IMG/VR virus record: IMGVR_UViG_3300043077_000092
DNA length: 64,000 nt
Reading direction: 5' to 3' (one strand)
DNA from: a virus
Lineage: Duplodnaviria; Caudoviricetes
Both the position numbers and the translations under genes were made by a program. The number at the start of each line of letters is the position of its first letter. Positions within the stretch are counted from its first letter, which is position 1. Below the pieces are notes generated by a model. The model saw only the letters and a list, made by a program, of their open reading frames with translations. It did not search any database and was not told the origin of the DNA. Of this stretch, positions 30,054 through 39,078 are shown in pieces.

Positions 30054-30315
30054 TGATAGTTACCTCCTTAAATGTATGGGATTCCTTTTAATCCCCGTTA
30101 GTTTAGTTTCTGTAGTCTGGACGATAATACTATCCAAACATTCTCTAGTACATTCCTTCCTTTCATTTTTATAGTAGTTCCAGTAATTTGTTAATCGCGT
30201 ATTAAATATTAAAATCCCTCCTGCTGTGCGTATGTATTTAACAAAGGTTGAGAGGGAACCGATATACTTTTTAAGTATCAGCTCCCTTCTCACGACCAAC
30301 TTCTTAATATAGCAA

Positions 30316-31992
30316 TTAAGATCGTTTTGTCTTTAACATATCAGTCACATAGGACTGTGCGGACTGTTCATACTTCGATATCCCACCCGGGACGCTTTTA
30401 AGCAACCCTGAATAAGTGGTCACATCTCGTTCGATACACTCCTTTATGGTTTGTAACCCATCATTTGGTACTCCCGTATCCATGACGACAGACTCAATGA
30501 CCGACATAAGTGCTTTCTCTCTAGCGATACTATTTGCCGCACTTTCCAAGTTTCCGTTTAACAATCCCTGATTCAACTCATTGTGAATTGTTTCTGCACA
30601 CTGGGTAATTACTCCGGTCTCCTGTTTTTTAAGGCTAATACTTTCAGATACCTGCCCCTTGTCCTGCATAATAGTTGGGGAGCTTAAAGCACCCAAAGTG
30701 CCCTTAACATTCTCCATTGTACCAGTGCGTTGGCTGTATGCCGTAACTTCACTAAAAATCTCATCAAGGTCAAACAAAAGTTCGTTTAGTGCGTCATCTA
30801 GTGATTCGTCAGAAAGACTAAAGCTATCCATCGGTTTCTTGTCTATATCCGGATTAGAAATACTTTCTGAAGTTGAGCTTACGAATTCGACGTATTCATC
30901 CACCAAATTTGAAATACGAAGAATCTCAGTCTGACTATTAAAGACGGATGAACCATCGCGGTCAAGTGAGTTTACCAACATTGATAATTGGTCTCTCAAT
31001 TTCTCAACCGTCGTTACTGTAGTTTGGGTATCATTACCCCGTTCAATCATAATATATCTCAAAAGCATCGAGCGTATCATCATCTGCGAAAAGACGATAC
31101 TCGATACCGGACCTGATTGTCCTATGATTTCATTTAAACATTTATCAACTGAGCAAAGTACGTATATTGCCGTTTCCGTATCCATCTCAAAAAGATTACA
31201 GATGAACTGAGAAGTTGCGGTTAATACCTTGAAATTAGCTAAATTTGCAAGGTAGCATTTCGGATGATAAAACCGTCTCGAATCAAGTTCTTCTCTCGGT
31301 CCAATTAGTTCAACCATCTCAGATGGTGTATTGGGAAACCAATCCACCAGATCGACAATCAAACCACGAACGTTGAGTTTTACTTTCTCCAAATTCGGAA
31401 TGAAATCATCTAACGACAACATTGGGTTTTTAGCGACATCACTTCCTTCGGTTGAAGGGGAGTCTTTCCCCCAGCGACGGTTTATATCACTACACGCTGT
31501 TGCTATCGTGTGACTTCTATCATCGATTAGACTTTGTAACTCATTAGAGTCCAATAATCCATACCGCTCCATTGTACTCAGTATCTTCATCTCATCGAGT
31601 TGGGATACATCCTTATCAACTTCGCTCATATTAATTTGTATGTTGGCATCCGATTTAGAATTTATGGTCACATAGTCAGATAAAGATTCTGCAAGAACCA
31701 TCAGAAACGCTAACAGAACACTTGGTTCAACCAATTCCTTAAGTTCATTGACCATACTCTTAAGTTGGGTAATGCATTCATCCAAATCATCATTACCGTA
31801 ATTAAGTTTATCTATAATGGATGTTTTAATAGAAGATAGAACGACTTTTAATACATCGTTGTCTTCATTATCAAAATTCACATTTTTTGTGAATAAATCC
31901 CATATAGAGCTAATCTTACCAGAAGTTGATAAGATATCTGACTCTAATAGGAGCTCTTTTGTTGCTTCACTGTTTAATGACGACATTCTCAA
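30316..31992 (-). CDS. Hypothetical helical protein, possibly a head/virion component
   Basis: 558 aa; overlaps the end of the polyprotein gene; LLES/LAES/VIES motifs. Confidence 0.6.
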   Translation of the reverse strand: MRMSSLNSEATKELLLESDILSTSGKISSIWDLFTKNVNFDNEDNDVLKVVLSSIKTSIIDKLNYGNDDLDECITQLKSMVNELKELVEPSVLLAFLMVLAESLSDYVTINSKSDANIQINMSEVDKDVSQLDEMKILSTMERYGLLDSNELQSLIDDRSHTIATACSDINRRWGKDSPSTEGSDVAKNPMLSLDDFIPNLEKVKLNVRGLIVDLVDWFPNTPSEMVELIGPREELDSRRFYHPKCYLANLANFKVLTATSQFICNLFEMDTETAIYVLCSVDKCLNEIIGQSGPVSSIVFSQMMIRSMLLRYIMIERGNDTQTTVTTVEKLRDQLSMLVNSLDRDGSSVFNSQTEILRISNLVDEYVEFVSSTSESISNPDIDKKPMDSFSLSDESLDDALNELLFDLDEIFSEVTAYSQRTGTMENVKGTLGALSSPTIMQDKGQVSESISLKKQETGVITQCAETIHNELNQGLLNGNLESAANSIAREKALMSVIESVVMDTGVPNDGLQTIKECIERDVTTYSGLLKSVPGGISKYEQSAQSYVTDMLKTKRS

Positions 31993-34900
31993 ATCCTCCT
32001 TCCTCTAATTTCTCTGCGACCAGTTTGTCTACAATCTTTGGATCATAGTTTTTTAGTATACCGGTCTTAATAAAGATAAAGTTCTTGTTCTTTGCAAAAT
32101 AGTATGGTGAAATCATATACGGCTGTCTATCAAGAAGTTTATCGTTACCAGCGGAAATTACTGATGCAATAAACTCTGAGCAGAAATACTTATCCTCTCT
32201 GGAAGAACCTCTACCAAAGATAAAGTTTGTAAGCCCAAGTACGTTATACTTTAACTTATTTCTCTTACCAAGTAATTCATCTACAAAGTTTCTCATAGAA
32301 TCATACTCAGACGCAGTAGCCATATACATGTAGAGAGAATACCTAATATGAGCTGAGTTCTTCTTATAGATATCCTTTCTGATATTCTCATCAACCATCC
32401 CATCACCATTAAACGAAACCATATTCTCTAAGTCTGTATCAAATGACAAACTTGAATGAGCATATGGATCATGGGTGAACGCTTTAATCAGTTTTGCAAC
32501 ATTGGTTCCAGTGTAAGATAAGAAGATAAAAACAGGATAATATCTACCACCATCCTTAGATGCTTCTATATAAGTAGATTCTTCTACAGGAGTATCCTTA
32601 TTGAGTGTCATAAATAACATTGCTGGAGTTTCTTTGTAAACTTTAAATCCTCTCTCCTTGTAAACCTTCTGAGCAATCTTATTGGATTTTGCTACAGAAA
32701 GATATCTTGCATCGAAATCGTTTACTGCAATCAAAAGCATCTGATGAGATAAACCATATCCTCTATAATTAGGATTGATTTCAAATGCTTGTATCCAAGA
32801 AGTACCATCATCTTTATGCTCGACGTTTAAGTATCCGACAACTTCTCCATGGTATGTCCAGATATATCCAGAAGTTCCTTCAATCTTTACATGACATAAT
32901 CCTGAACTCTGGTCTTTGTATTTCTTAATAGCTTCAGGAGTCAAATACTCTCTTCTGAAAGAACTAAGATTTCTATGACCAAGACTCTTGTAATCTGGTT
33001 TCAATTCTGAAGTAACGCTGGTTTCTAATAAAGCAGATTCTGTAACCTGTCCTCGAAACCAATTTAGATGTTTCTCATGATCCAGATAATACTTTAAGAT
33101 ATTGGTATCTCCAGTTCTTAATGCATCCTTGAGGGAATCCCTCTTAAATCGTCGAAACATGGAAGTTGCAACTGAAGTTCCTTTAATTATAATAGGAAAC
33201 TTTTCGATATCAGGGTAATCATGAAGATGACCCGGAATCTGAACTCCTTCTACTATAAATAGGAGATTGGGATTTTTATTTGCATATCTAACGATTTCCT
33301 CAAATACATCAATCACGAGATTATGGAAATTATCTCCATTTAACGTATTAGAGGTTTTCAGTCTTGGACCAAACTTTTTACTAATATCCTGCCATAATCC
33401 ATAGTTTGGAGTCTCTGGAGAATTTGCCATATGCTCTGGCTGGCTAATCCAATCAAGTTGGAATACTTCAGCTTTGTAATCATAAGCAAGTTCATATCCA
33501 GTTGAAGTCTTACCAGAACCACTAAGCCCTGTAATAAGAAGTATATTTTTTCCAGCTTCGTGTTTCCATTCTTCCATATTGCATTGAATGTCACCCTTAC
33601 TGATTAAGTATGCTTCAAGAGATGGTTCAATTATTCCCGCACTTTCATCTACAGGTAAAAACATCTGGGTCCCACCATCTTTGGTCTTTACAGGGTCTTT
33701 AAAACCGAGACTCTTTGCAAGAGCTTCTGATTTATCATTTCCTTTATCAAATCCATACTCAATTCTCTTTGCCCAAGAGGGTTTCTTAGACTTCATAAAT
33801 CTCTTAATGAGAATTGTTGCATATCCACTTCTGCGGTATTCATCACCAGCTCGTGTTGCAACTACAATATGAGCCGTATCTCTCATCTGAGGGTGACGAT
33901 ATACCTCAATAAATGCAACAGGTATACCTGATACAACCATTACTTCACGATAGAATACGGTGTTCTTCCAGTAATTTTCATAAGGTGGATTAGAACGACC
34001 GATATATTCCCTTTCTTTATCGCTTAACGTCATTACAATATCAAGCATCTGGTTAGGGTCAGTTGTGTAATCATACACTCCATTTGTCGGTTTGTGAGTA
34101 ATCGCTTCAGTGAGTATTGCACCCATAACAGGGTAATCATCAACCCCATAAGATTCTTTAACTGGTTTCTGATCTGGCGCAGTTGCATCCATATACTCCA
34201 GAAATCTATTGACTTCTTTTAGAGCCTTCTTAGCCTCATATTTCATTCGTTCATCATTCTCATTAGAACCGTTTATAGTTCCTTTAAGAATGATCTGAAC
34301 ATTCTGAAGTTCCATATGAATACTCATCCATTCAACATCAGTCAATCTCTGGTGAAATAGTTTCTTCCTATAATAAAGAAGTAATGTATCATAATTAATC
34401 ATCGGGTCATTAAGGAGTTGGTTTCTCTTTACGAGATTAACTTTCCCATTAATCTTCCCAATAATTCCTTCAGAACCTTCCTGTATAGTTACAAATTCAG
34501 GGTCAAGGTCATCTAATTCAACCTCTTCCTGATAGTCCCATTCGAAATAGTATTTAGGGTCTTTGGAATCCCAGAATCCCTCTACCCAAACTGTAATCTT
34601 TCCAAGTAGAACTGTCGTATAGTTACGACCCATAGCGTATACAAAAAAATGATAGTCTGCATTAGGTTTTTCAACCTTATGCTCGTATTCAAGACCCGGA
34701 ACAATTTGATTTAGCATAAGTTTAATCTCATCATCCAATGTCTTAGAAAATTGCTCTTCATCTACTCCACCCTTTACTTCATACTCATCAATATGATAAG
34801 AACCAAAGTAAGTAGACCAATCCACATCAGTTGGTGCATAAGAATCCATTGTAGGTTCTAATTTCTTTTCCCACTTTGGTAAAGGACAAACATCCTGTTC

Positions 34901-35665
34901 CTTTAATCTGGATAACAAAGCAAAGAACTCAGCATAATCCTTGTTACAGATTTTGATATAGTTGACCTGATCCTTTATGGATTCCATCACTTCATCTTTT
35001 GCTTTTTCCTTTACTTTATCAACTGCCTGAATCTTTGGATGCATATTGGGATTATCTCCCCCATCTTTAAGCTCAACTTCCAGATTTAATGAACTGATAT
35101 ACACATCTGGTATATAGAAGTGCTTTTGTCCCTCATATTCATAATAATAAACATGGGGAGAGGGGGCAATAATATCCGCTCCACTCCAGAAGAGAAACGT
35201 ATCAATCATTTCTAAGAAATCACGACCATAGCTACTATCGTACATAGCTCTGTATTTCTTACCAGTATCTTCATCTTCGAAGATATAAGTGCCGCTGGTC
35301 TTTCTTCCATAAATCATCTTTGCCTGCTGTTCAGGATCATTTATGGAATAAATCTTTCCATGTTTTCCTATATAGTTTTTGCTCGCACGTTCTCTCGCTT
35401 TTCGTTTACACTCTTCACTACCACACATACGGTTATACTTACCAGTAGTCTCATTCCAACTGGTTGGAGTTTTACACTCAACACATCGACCTTCTGTCTT
35501 ACCAGTCCGCAGATAGTTTTCGTATCGTGCAGGAGTCCAACCCTCGGGGATAGATGATGCATGAGCTTTCTCAATATGATCAATGAGTGACTTCTTTGAT
35601 ACAAATTTCTTCTCACAAAGAAGACACTTTACTTGTCGTGGTCTTTGAGTTGACATATCTATCAT
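31967..35665 (-). CDS. Multidomain polyprotein: C2H2/C4 Zn fingers, PD-(D/E)xK nuclease, GNAT, P-loop kinase, GNAT, permuted papain-like (YiiX/NlpC) peptidase
   Basis: CLLC..H..H; YIPDV..EVELK; EYRRSGYA; ITGLSGSGKTS; NYRGYGLS; PYAHSS...YFCSEF. Confidence 0.75.
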   Translation of the reverse strand: MIDMSTQRPRQVKCLLCEKKFVSKKSLIDHIEKAHASSIPEGWTPARYENYLRTGKTEGRCVECKTPTSWNETTGKYNRMCGSEECKRKARERASKNYIGKHGKIYSINDPEQQAKMIYGRKTSGTYIFEDEDTGKKYRAMYDSSYGRDFLEMIDTFLFWSGADIIAPSPHVYYYEYEGQKHFYIPDVYISSLNLEVELKDGGDNPNMHPKIQAVDKVKEKAKDEVMESIKDQVNYIKICNKDYAEFFALLSRLKEQDVCPLPKWEKKLEPTMDSYAPTDVDWSTYFGSYHIDEYEVKGGVDEEQFSKTLDDEIKLMLNQIVPGLEYEHKVEKPNADYHFFVYAMGRNYTTVLLGKITVWVEGFWDSKDPKYYFEWDYQEEVELDDLDPEFVTIQEGSEGIIGKINGKVNLVKRNQLLNDPMINYDTLLLYYRKKLFHQRLTDVEWMSIHMELQNVQIILKGTINGSNENDERMKYEAKKALKEVNRFLEYMDATAPDQKPVKESYGVDDYPVMGAILTEAITHKPTNGVYDYTTDPNQMLDIVMTLSDKEREYIGRSNPPYENYWKNTVFYREVMVVSGIPVAFIEVYRHPQMRDTAHIVVATRAGDEYRRSGYATILIKRFMKSKKPSWAKRIEYGFDKGNDKSEALAKSLGFKDPVKTKDGGTQMFLPVDESAGIIEPSLEAYLISKGDIQCNMEEWKHEAGKNILLITGLSGSGKTSTGYELAYDYKAEVFQLDWISQPEHMANSPETPNYGLWQDISKKFGPRLKTSNTLNGDNFHNLVIDVFEEIVRYANKNPNLLFIVEGVQIPGHLHDYPDIEKFPIIIKGTSVATSMFRRFKRDSLKDALRTGDTNILKYYLDHEKHLNWFRGQVTESALLETSVTSELKPDYKSLGHRNLSSFRREYLTPEAIKKYKDQSSGLCHVKIEGTSGYIWTYHGEVVGYLNVEHKDDGTSWIQAFEINPNYRGYGLSHQMLLIAVNDFDARYLSVAKSNKIAQKVYKERGFKVYKETPAMLFMTLNKDTPVEESTYIEASKDGGRYYPVFIFLSYTGTNVAKLIKAFTHDPYAHSSLSFDTDLENMVSFNGDGMVDENIRKDIYKKNSAHIRYSLYMYMATASEYDSMRNFVDELLGKRNKLKYNVLGLTNFIFGRGSSREDKYFCSEFIASVISAGNDKLLDRQPYMISPYYFAKNKNFIFIKTGILKNYDPKIVDKLVAEKLEEGGFENVVIKQ

Positions 35666-35718
35666 CTCCTTCCTAAATTTTATGCTTATAAAATCCCTAA
35701 TTTATTGGGATTTAAGGC

Positions 35719-35775
35719 TTATTTTCTTGTGGAATACGGCTGAAATTAAGAATTGTGCAGGTTACATATAAATAA
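35719..35775. promoter_or_regulatory. Divergent late promoters ACA-N6-TAA
   Basis: Minus strand CACA AGAAAA TAA (35731-35719); plus strand TACA TATAAA TAA (35763-35775). Confidence 0.6.
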
Positions 35776-35792
35776 AGAAACGGGGTGTTAAA

Positions 35793-36224
35793 ATGTTAAA
35801 AAGAGAGATTGATTTTACAACGGATAAGTATAATGATCCAGTGTATTTATCAAAGCGTGACTCTGTTGCGCAACTCGTAGAAAACGCACTATTTATGAAG
35901 AAGGGCAACCTATTAAGCCACCCCGACCGATATGTCGATATTGAAAGATATCTCAACAAACCAGTTGATTCTATTGATGAGCTAAGGATATTAGCTGATT
36001 TGAAAGCAACAATTGGTGAAGATTTGGTTGGGAATGACATAAAGTCTCTCACATTCAATGTCATTACTACAGACGTTAATGGAGTTGACATGGAGGTTGC
36101 GCTAATAGTAGTCAGTTTATCAATTGATAATACTGACGATTTGATGGCTATTGCTTTACAGCGAGAAAAGGACAACGTCGTCCGCTATCAATACAGTTTT
36201 ATTAACGAAGACGTTCCGGTATAA
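35793..36224 (+). CDS. Putative baseplate wedge gp25-like protein
   Basis: Size and pattern (DF...P....KRDSVAQLVENALFMKKG...HPD..V) resemble gp25/GpW; late promoter. Confidence 0.5.
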   Translation: MLKREIDFTTDKYNDPVYLSKRDSVAQLVENALFMKKGNLLSHPDRYVDIERYLNKPVDSIDELRILADLKATIGEDLVGNDIKSLTFNVITTDVNGVDMEVALIVVSLSIDNTDDLMAIALQREKDNVVRYQYSFINEDVPV

Positions 36225-36250
36225 TTTTTTAGGAAGGAGGATTCTAACAC

Positions 36251-38410
36251 ATGGCAACGCATAAAGAGGGAAACCTCGACATGAATGCATTATTGAAAGC
36301 TTCAAGAGAACAGCATAGTGAACGCCAGAACAAACCAGTTCAGACAAGGAAACCACCCGGACCTGCGGCGGAACCTGTAAAGGTTATCAATAGCAGTGCC
36401 GATGTTGCAAATGCACAGCATGGTGAATATGTTCAAACTGCGGATGGTTATGGTGCAATCGTTGTTGATCATGAAGAGCAGATTAAGAAGATGCAGGAAA
36501 ACGACAAGACAGGAAAGACACTTCTTGCATTGGTAGATTCTTCTACCCTAATATCAGATGCAAATGATTACGTACCTGATTACGGAGAAGAGGCACCAGA
36601 AGGATACAATCCGGGTGAACAATGGATAACCGAAAATCCTTATGACCCAAAGGCGAGAACTTTGGTCGATATAAAAAAGGGGTTTTCGGAATTAACCTTT
36701 GGTATAAACGGTTTAGTAGATGCAAACTCAGACGAAGGACGTTCTGTAAACGAAGCTATGGAAAAACTTCGTTCTGGGGAAATTGTATTACCTACACCAG
36801 AGGAATATGAACAACAGAAAGCTGAAGCCGCTGAGAGGCGAAAACAAAGACAAGAACGTTTAGCTAATCAGAACAAAGAAGAGGCTGAAAAGAAAAAAGA
36901 GGAATCAAAACCATCGAATGTTTCAATAGAACCAACTATAGAGGAACCTAAGATGGCTGAGATGCCTGAACATGCAATTATGAAGAAAGGGGCTATAGAG
37001 CAAATGAGTGAAATTGTTACAATGAATCCGACTACTGGTAACCAGAGACAGGGAACTCCTGTATCAGTTGCAGTACAGGAAGAGAAGAAAACGGAAGAGC
37101 GAGTTGCAGTAAAACCCGTTCAAACTCCCGAGGCTACAAATGTTGTAGAGAGTAATGTTCCAACTAAACCTACTCCTAATGAAGAACCTCAGGGATTATT
37201 AATCGATACTCCTGAGCCTGAAAATAAGGCTACAGGACCTCTTAATTTGGGTGCTTTAGAGGATGAGATGGAAGAGGCTAATGCATCCGCTGGTGAACAG
37301 AAAAAAGAAGAGGAAAAGAAAGATCCGAATACACCGGAAGTATTAATCAATGTACCTGAAGGTGGTGCATCTGATGTAATTCAGGCATTACCACTCAGTA
37401 CCTACGATAAAATCGTTAGGTCTAAGAGTATTCAGGTAAACGAGATTGAAAAGAAAGATGTTCCGGTTGCAACCAGACGTATTACAAATATCGCTGATTA
37501 CCGTGCACTTGCAAACAGACGTAAAGCATCTAAGGATGTGGAGATTACGGAGAGAGTGCTGGTAAATTCAGGTCTTATAATTACATTAAAATCCGCAACA
37601 TCTCTTGAGATGGCAACCATCTTTAAGTCAGTTGCAGATTCTGAGACCGATTGGTCTAAGATGTATTCATTCGTATATGAACATCATACAGGCACATCTA
37701 TCGGAAAGCTCAGCTACAATGACTTCGTTCAGAAGATCAGCCCAAGTGACATTGAGACATGTCTTGATGGTATCTATGAAATCTCTGAGACGGATGAAAG
37801 AAAGGTACAGCTTAACTGCGGTATCGGTGATGGTGGATGCGGTGCTCCATACGAAGTAACCATTAAACCGGCTACATTACCTTGTGTTGACAGACTTCCT
37901 GAGGCATCTAAAAACAGAGTTAAGGAAATCGTCAGTGTAAGAAACAACATCGAAGAAGCCAGAAAGGTTCAGGAGAGTTCTCCTACTATGATGGCGAAGT
38001 ATGTTCAGTTTGGTGACAGAACACTTTGTGTTCGTTCAACCACTGGTCATATGATTATTGAGAGAAATGATCAGCTCGAAAACATTACAGTTAACTACAA
38101 TGCACTTATTGCATTGCTCGTTCTTTACGTTGAAAGTATCAAGATTTCTTACAGTGTAAGAGAAGATGCTGCACCGGAAGTTATTGAGATTGATGCGGTT
38201 GATTTGATTTGTGAAGAGTTAAAGACTTTAAACGATGTCGAGTTGGAAGAGTTAAAGCAGATTATTGCTGAAGGACTTAACGATTATGAACCGGTTAAAT
38301 ACTCTCTTAAGGGTACATTCAGATGCCCGAACTGTGGAAACACTAAGACCGAAGTTGATTGCAACATCTCTGACCTGATTTTTCAAAAAGTCCAGCGGAT
38401 GTTGGAGTAA
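36251..38410 (+). CDS. Tail/baseplate assembly chaperone (T4 gp26-like) with long disordered N-terminus
   Basis: C-terminal domain with CGIGDGGC and CPNCG Zn motifs; ends at a slippery ATTTTTCAAAAAG. Confidence 0.5.
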   Translation: MATHKEGNLDMNALLKASREQHSERQNKPVQTRKPPGPAAEPVKVINSSADVANAQHGEYVQTADGYGAIVVDHEEQIKKMQENDKTGKTLLALVDSSTLISDANDYVPDYGEEAPEGYNPGEQWITENPYDPKARTLVDIKKGFSELTFGINGLVDANSDEGRSVNEAMEKLRSGEIVLPTPEEYEQQKAEAAERRKQRQERLANQNKEEAEKKKEESKPSNVSIEPTIEEPKMAEMPEHAIMKKGAIEQMSEIVTMNPTTGNQRQGTPVSVAVQEEKKTEERVAVKPVQTPEATNVVESNVPTKPTPNEEPQGLLIDTPEPENKATGPLNLGALEDEMEEANASAGEQKKEEEKKDPNTPEVLINVPEGGASDVIQALPLSTYDKIVRSKSIQVNEIEKKDVPVATRRITNIADYRALANRRKASKDVEITERVLVNSGLIITLKSATSLEMATIFKSVADSETDWSKMYSFVYEHHTGTSIGKLSYNDFVQKISPSDIETCLDGIYEISETDERKVQLNCGIGDGGCGAPYEVTIKPATLPCVDRLPEASKNRVKEIVSVRNNIEEARKVQESSPTMMAKYVQFGDRTLCVRSTTGHMIIERNDQLENITVNYNALIALLVLYVESIKISYSVREDAAPEVIEIDAVDLICEELKTLNDVELEELKQIIAEGLNDYEPVKYSLKGTFRCPNCGNTKTEVDCNISDLIFQKVQRMLE

Positions 38411-38649
38411 ATCTTGTCAATCACGACAGAGATTGGTTGTATCTGACAAAGGACCTTGGTATCTCACTTCCGCTGTGGGAATACGATTCTCTATCGAGAA
38501 AACGTATATCACGACTTATGGAAATACAAGAAAAGCGGCTTGAAGTTGAACGTGAAGCGAAAGAACAACAAATGAAAGAGGCTGAGCGTAGAGCAAAGAG
38601 TGCCGCTAGATCAAATGGACGAGGGGCTCAAAGAATACCCCTAAATTAA
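38374..38649 (+). CDS. gp51/gpT-like chaperone extension, likely reached by -1 frameshift
   Basis: The -1 frame is open from 38374 across the slippery site; no RBS for the TTG at 38437. Confidence 0.5.
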   Translation, partial: PDFSKSPADVGVNLVNHDRDWLYLTKDLGISLPLWEYDSLSRKRISRLMEIQEKRLEVEREAKEQQMKEAERRAKSAARSNGRGAQRIPLN

Positions 38650-38738
38650 AAAGATAATGGAAAGACCTCTGGGTTTAATTTTTATACCTAGTGGTCTTTC
38701 TTAACCAAAAGATATGAAAATTGGAGGAAACGAGTAAA

Positions 38739-39059
38739 ATGATTAAATTAAATGACAGATTGCAGTTTATTGATCAGTGTGTCGCCGGTGAAAAGACTCG
38801 TTTTCAGAAACTCCTATCCATAGCAGTATTCGATGGCTTTAGTAGAAGCTACGAAATATATCGGGATTATATCCGTCAGAAGAATAACATTGATGACATC
38901 AGTTGTGATGTCGACGAAGAAATTTTAACACTGCATCTTGTATCTGGTGCACCTATGGATGATTTATTATCAGAGAATTTTCCGAAGAGAGGAGTAACCC
39001 CTGTGATAACCGACAGAGGGGTTGATTTAAACATCAAATTAATAGACAATGTGCTATGA
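38739..39059 (+). CDS. Hypothetical protein
   Basis: RBS GGAGG before ATG at 38739. Confidence 0.6.
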   Translation: MIKLNDRLQFIDQCVAGEKTRFQKLLSIAVFDGFSRSYEIYRDYIRQKNNIDDISCDVDEEILTLHLVSGAPMDDLLSENFPKRGVTPVITDRGVDLNIKLIDNVL

Positions 39060-39078
39060 AAGGAGATGTTATCATCCA

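Noticed and set aside
30060-30299. 79-aa ORF / c-di-AMP (ydaO) riboswitch upstream of the hydrolase
   Set aside because: The ORF has a TTG start directly after the promoter with no RBS; the riboswitch consensus motifs are not recognisable
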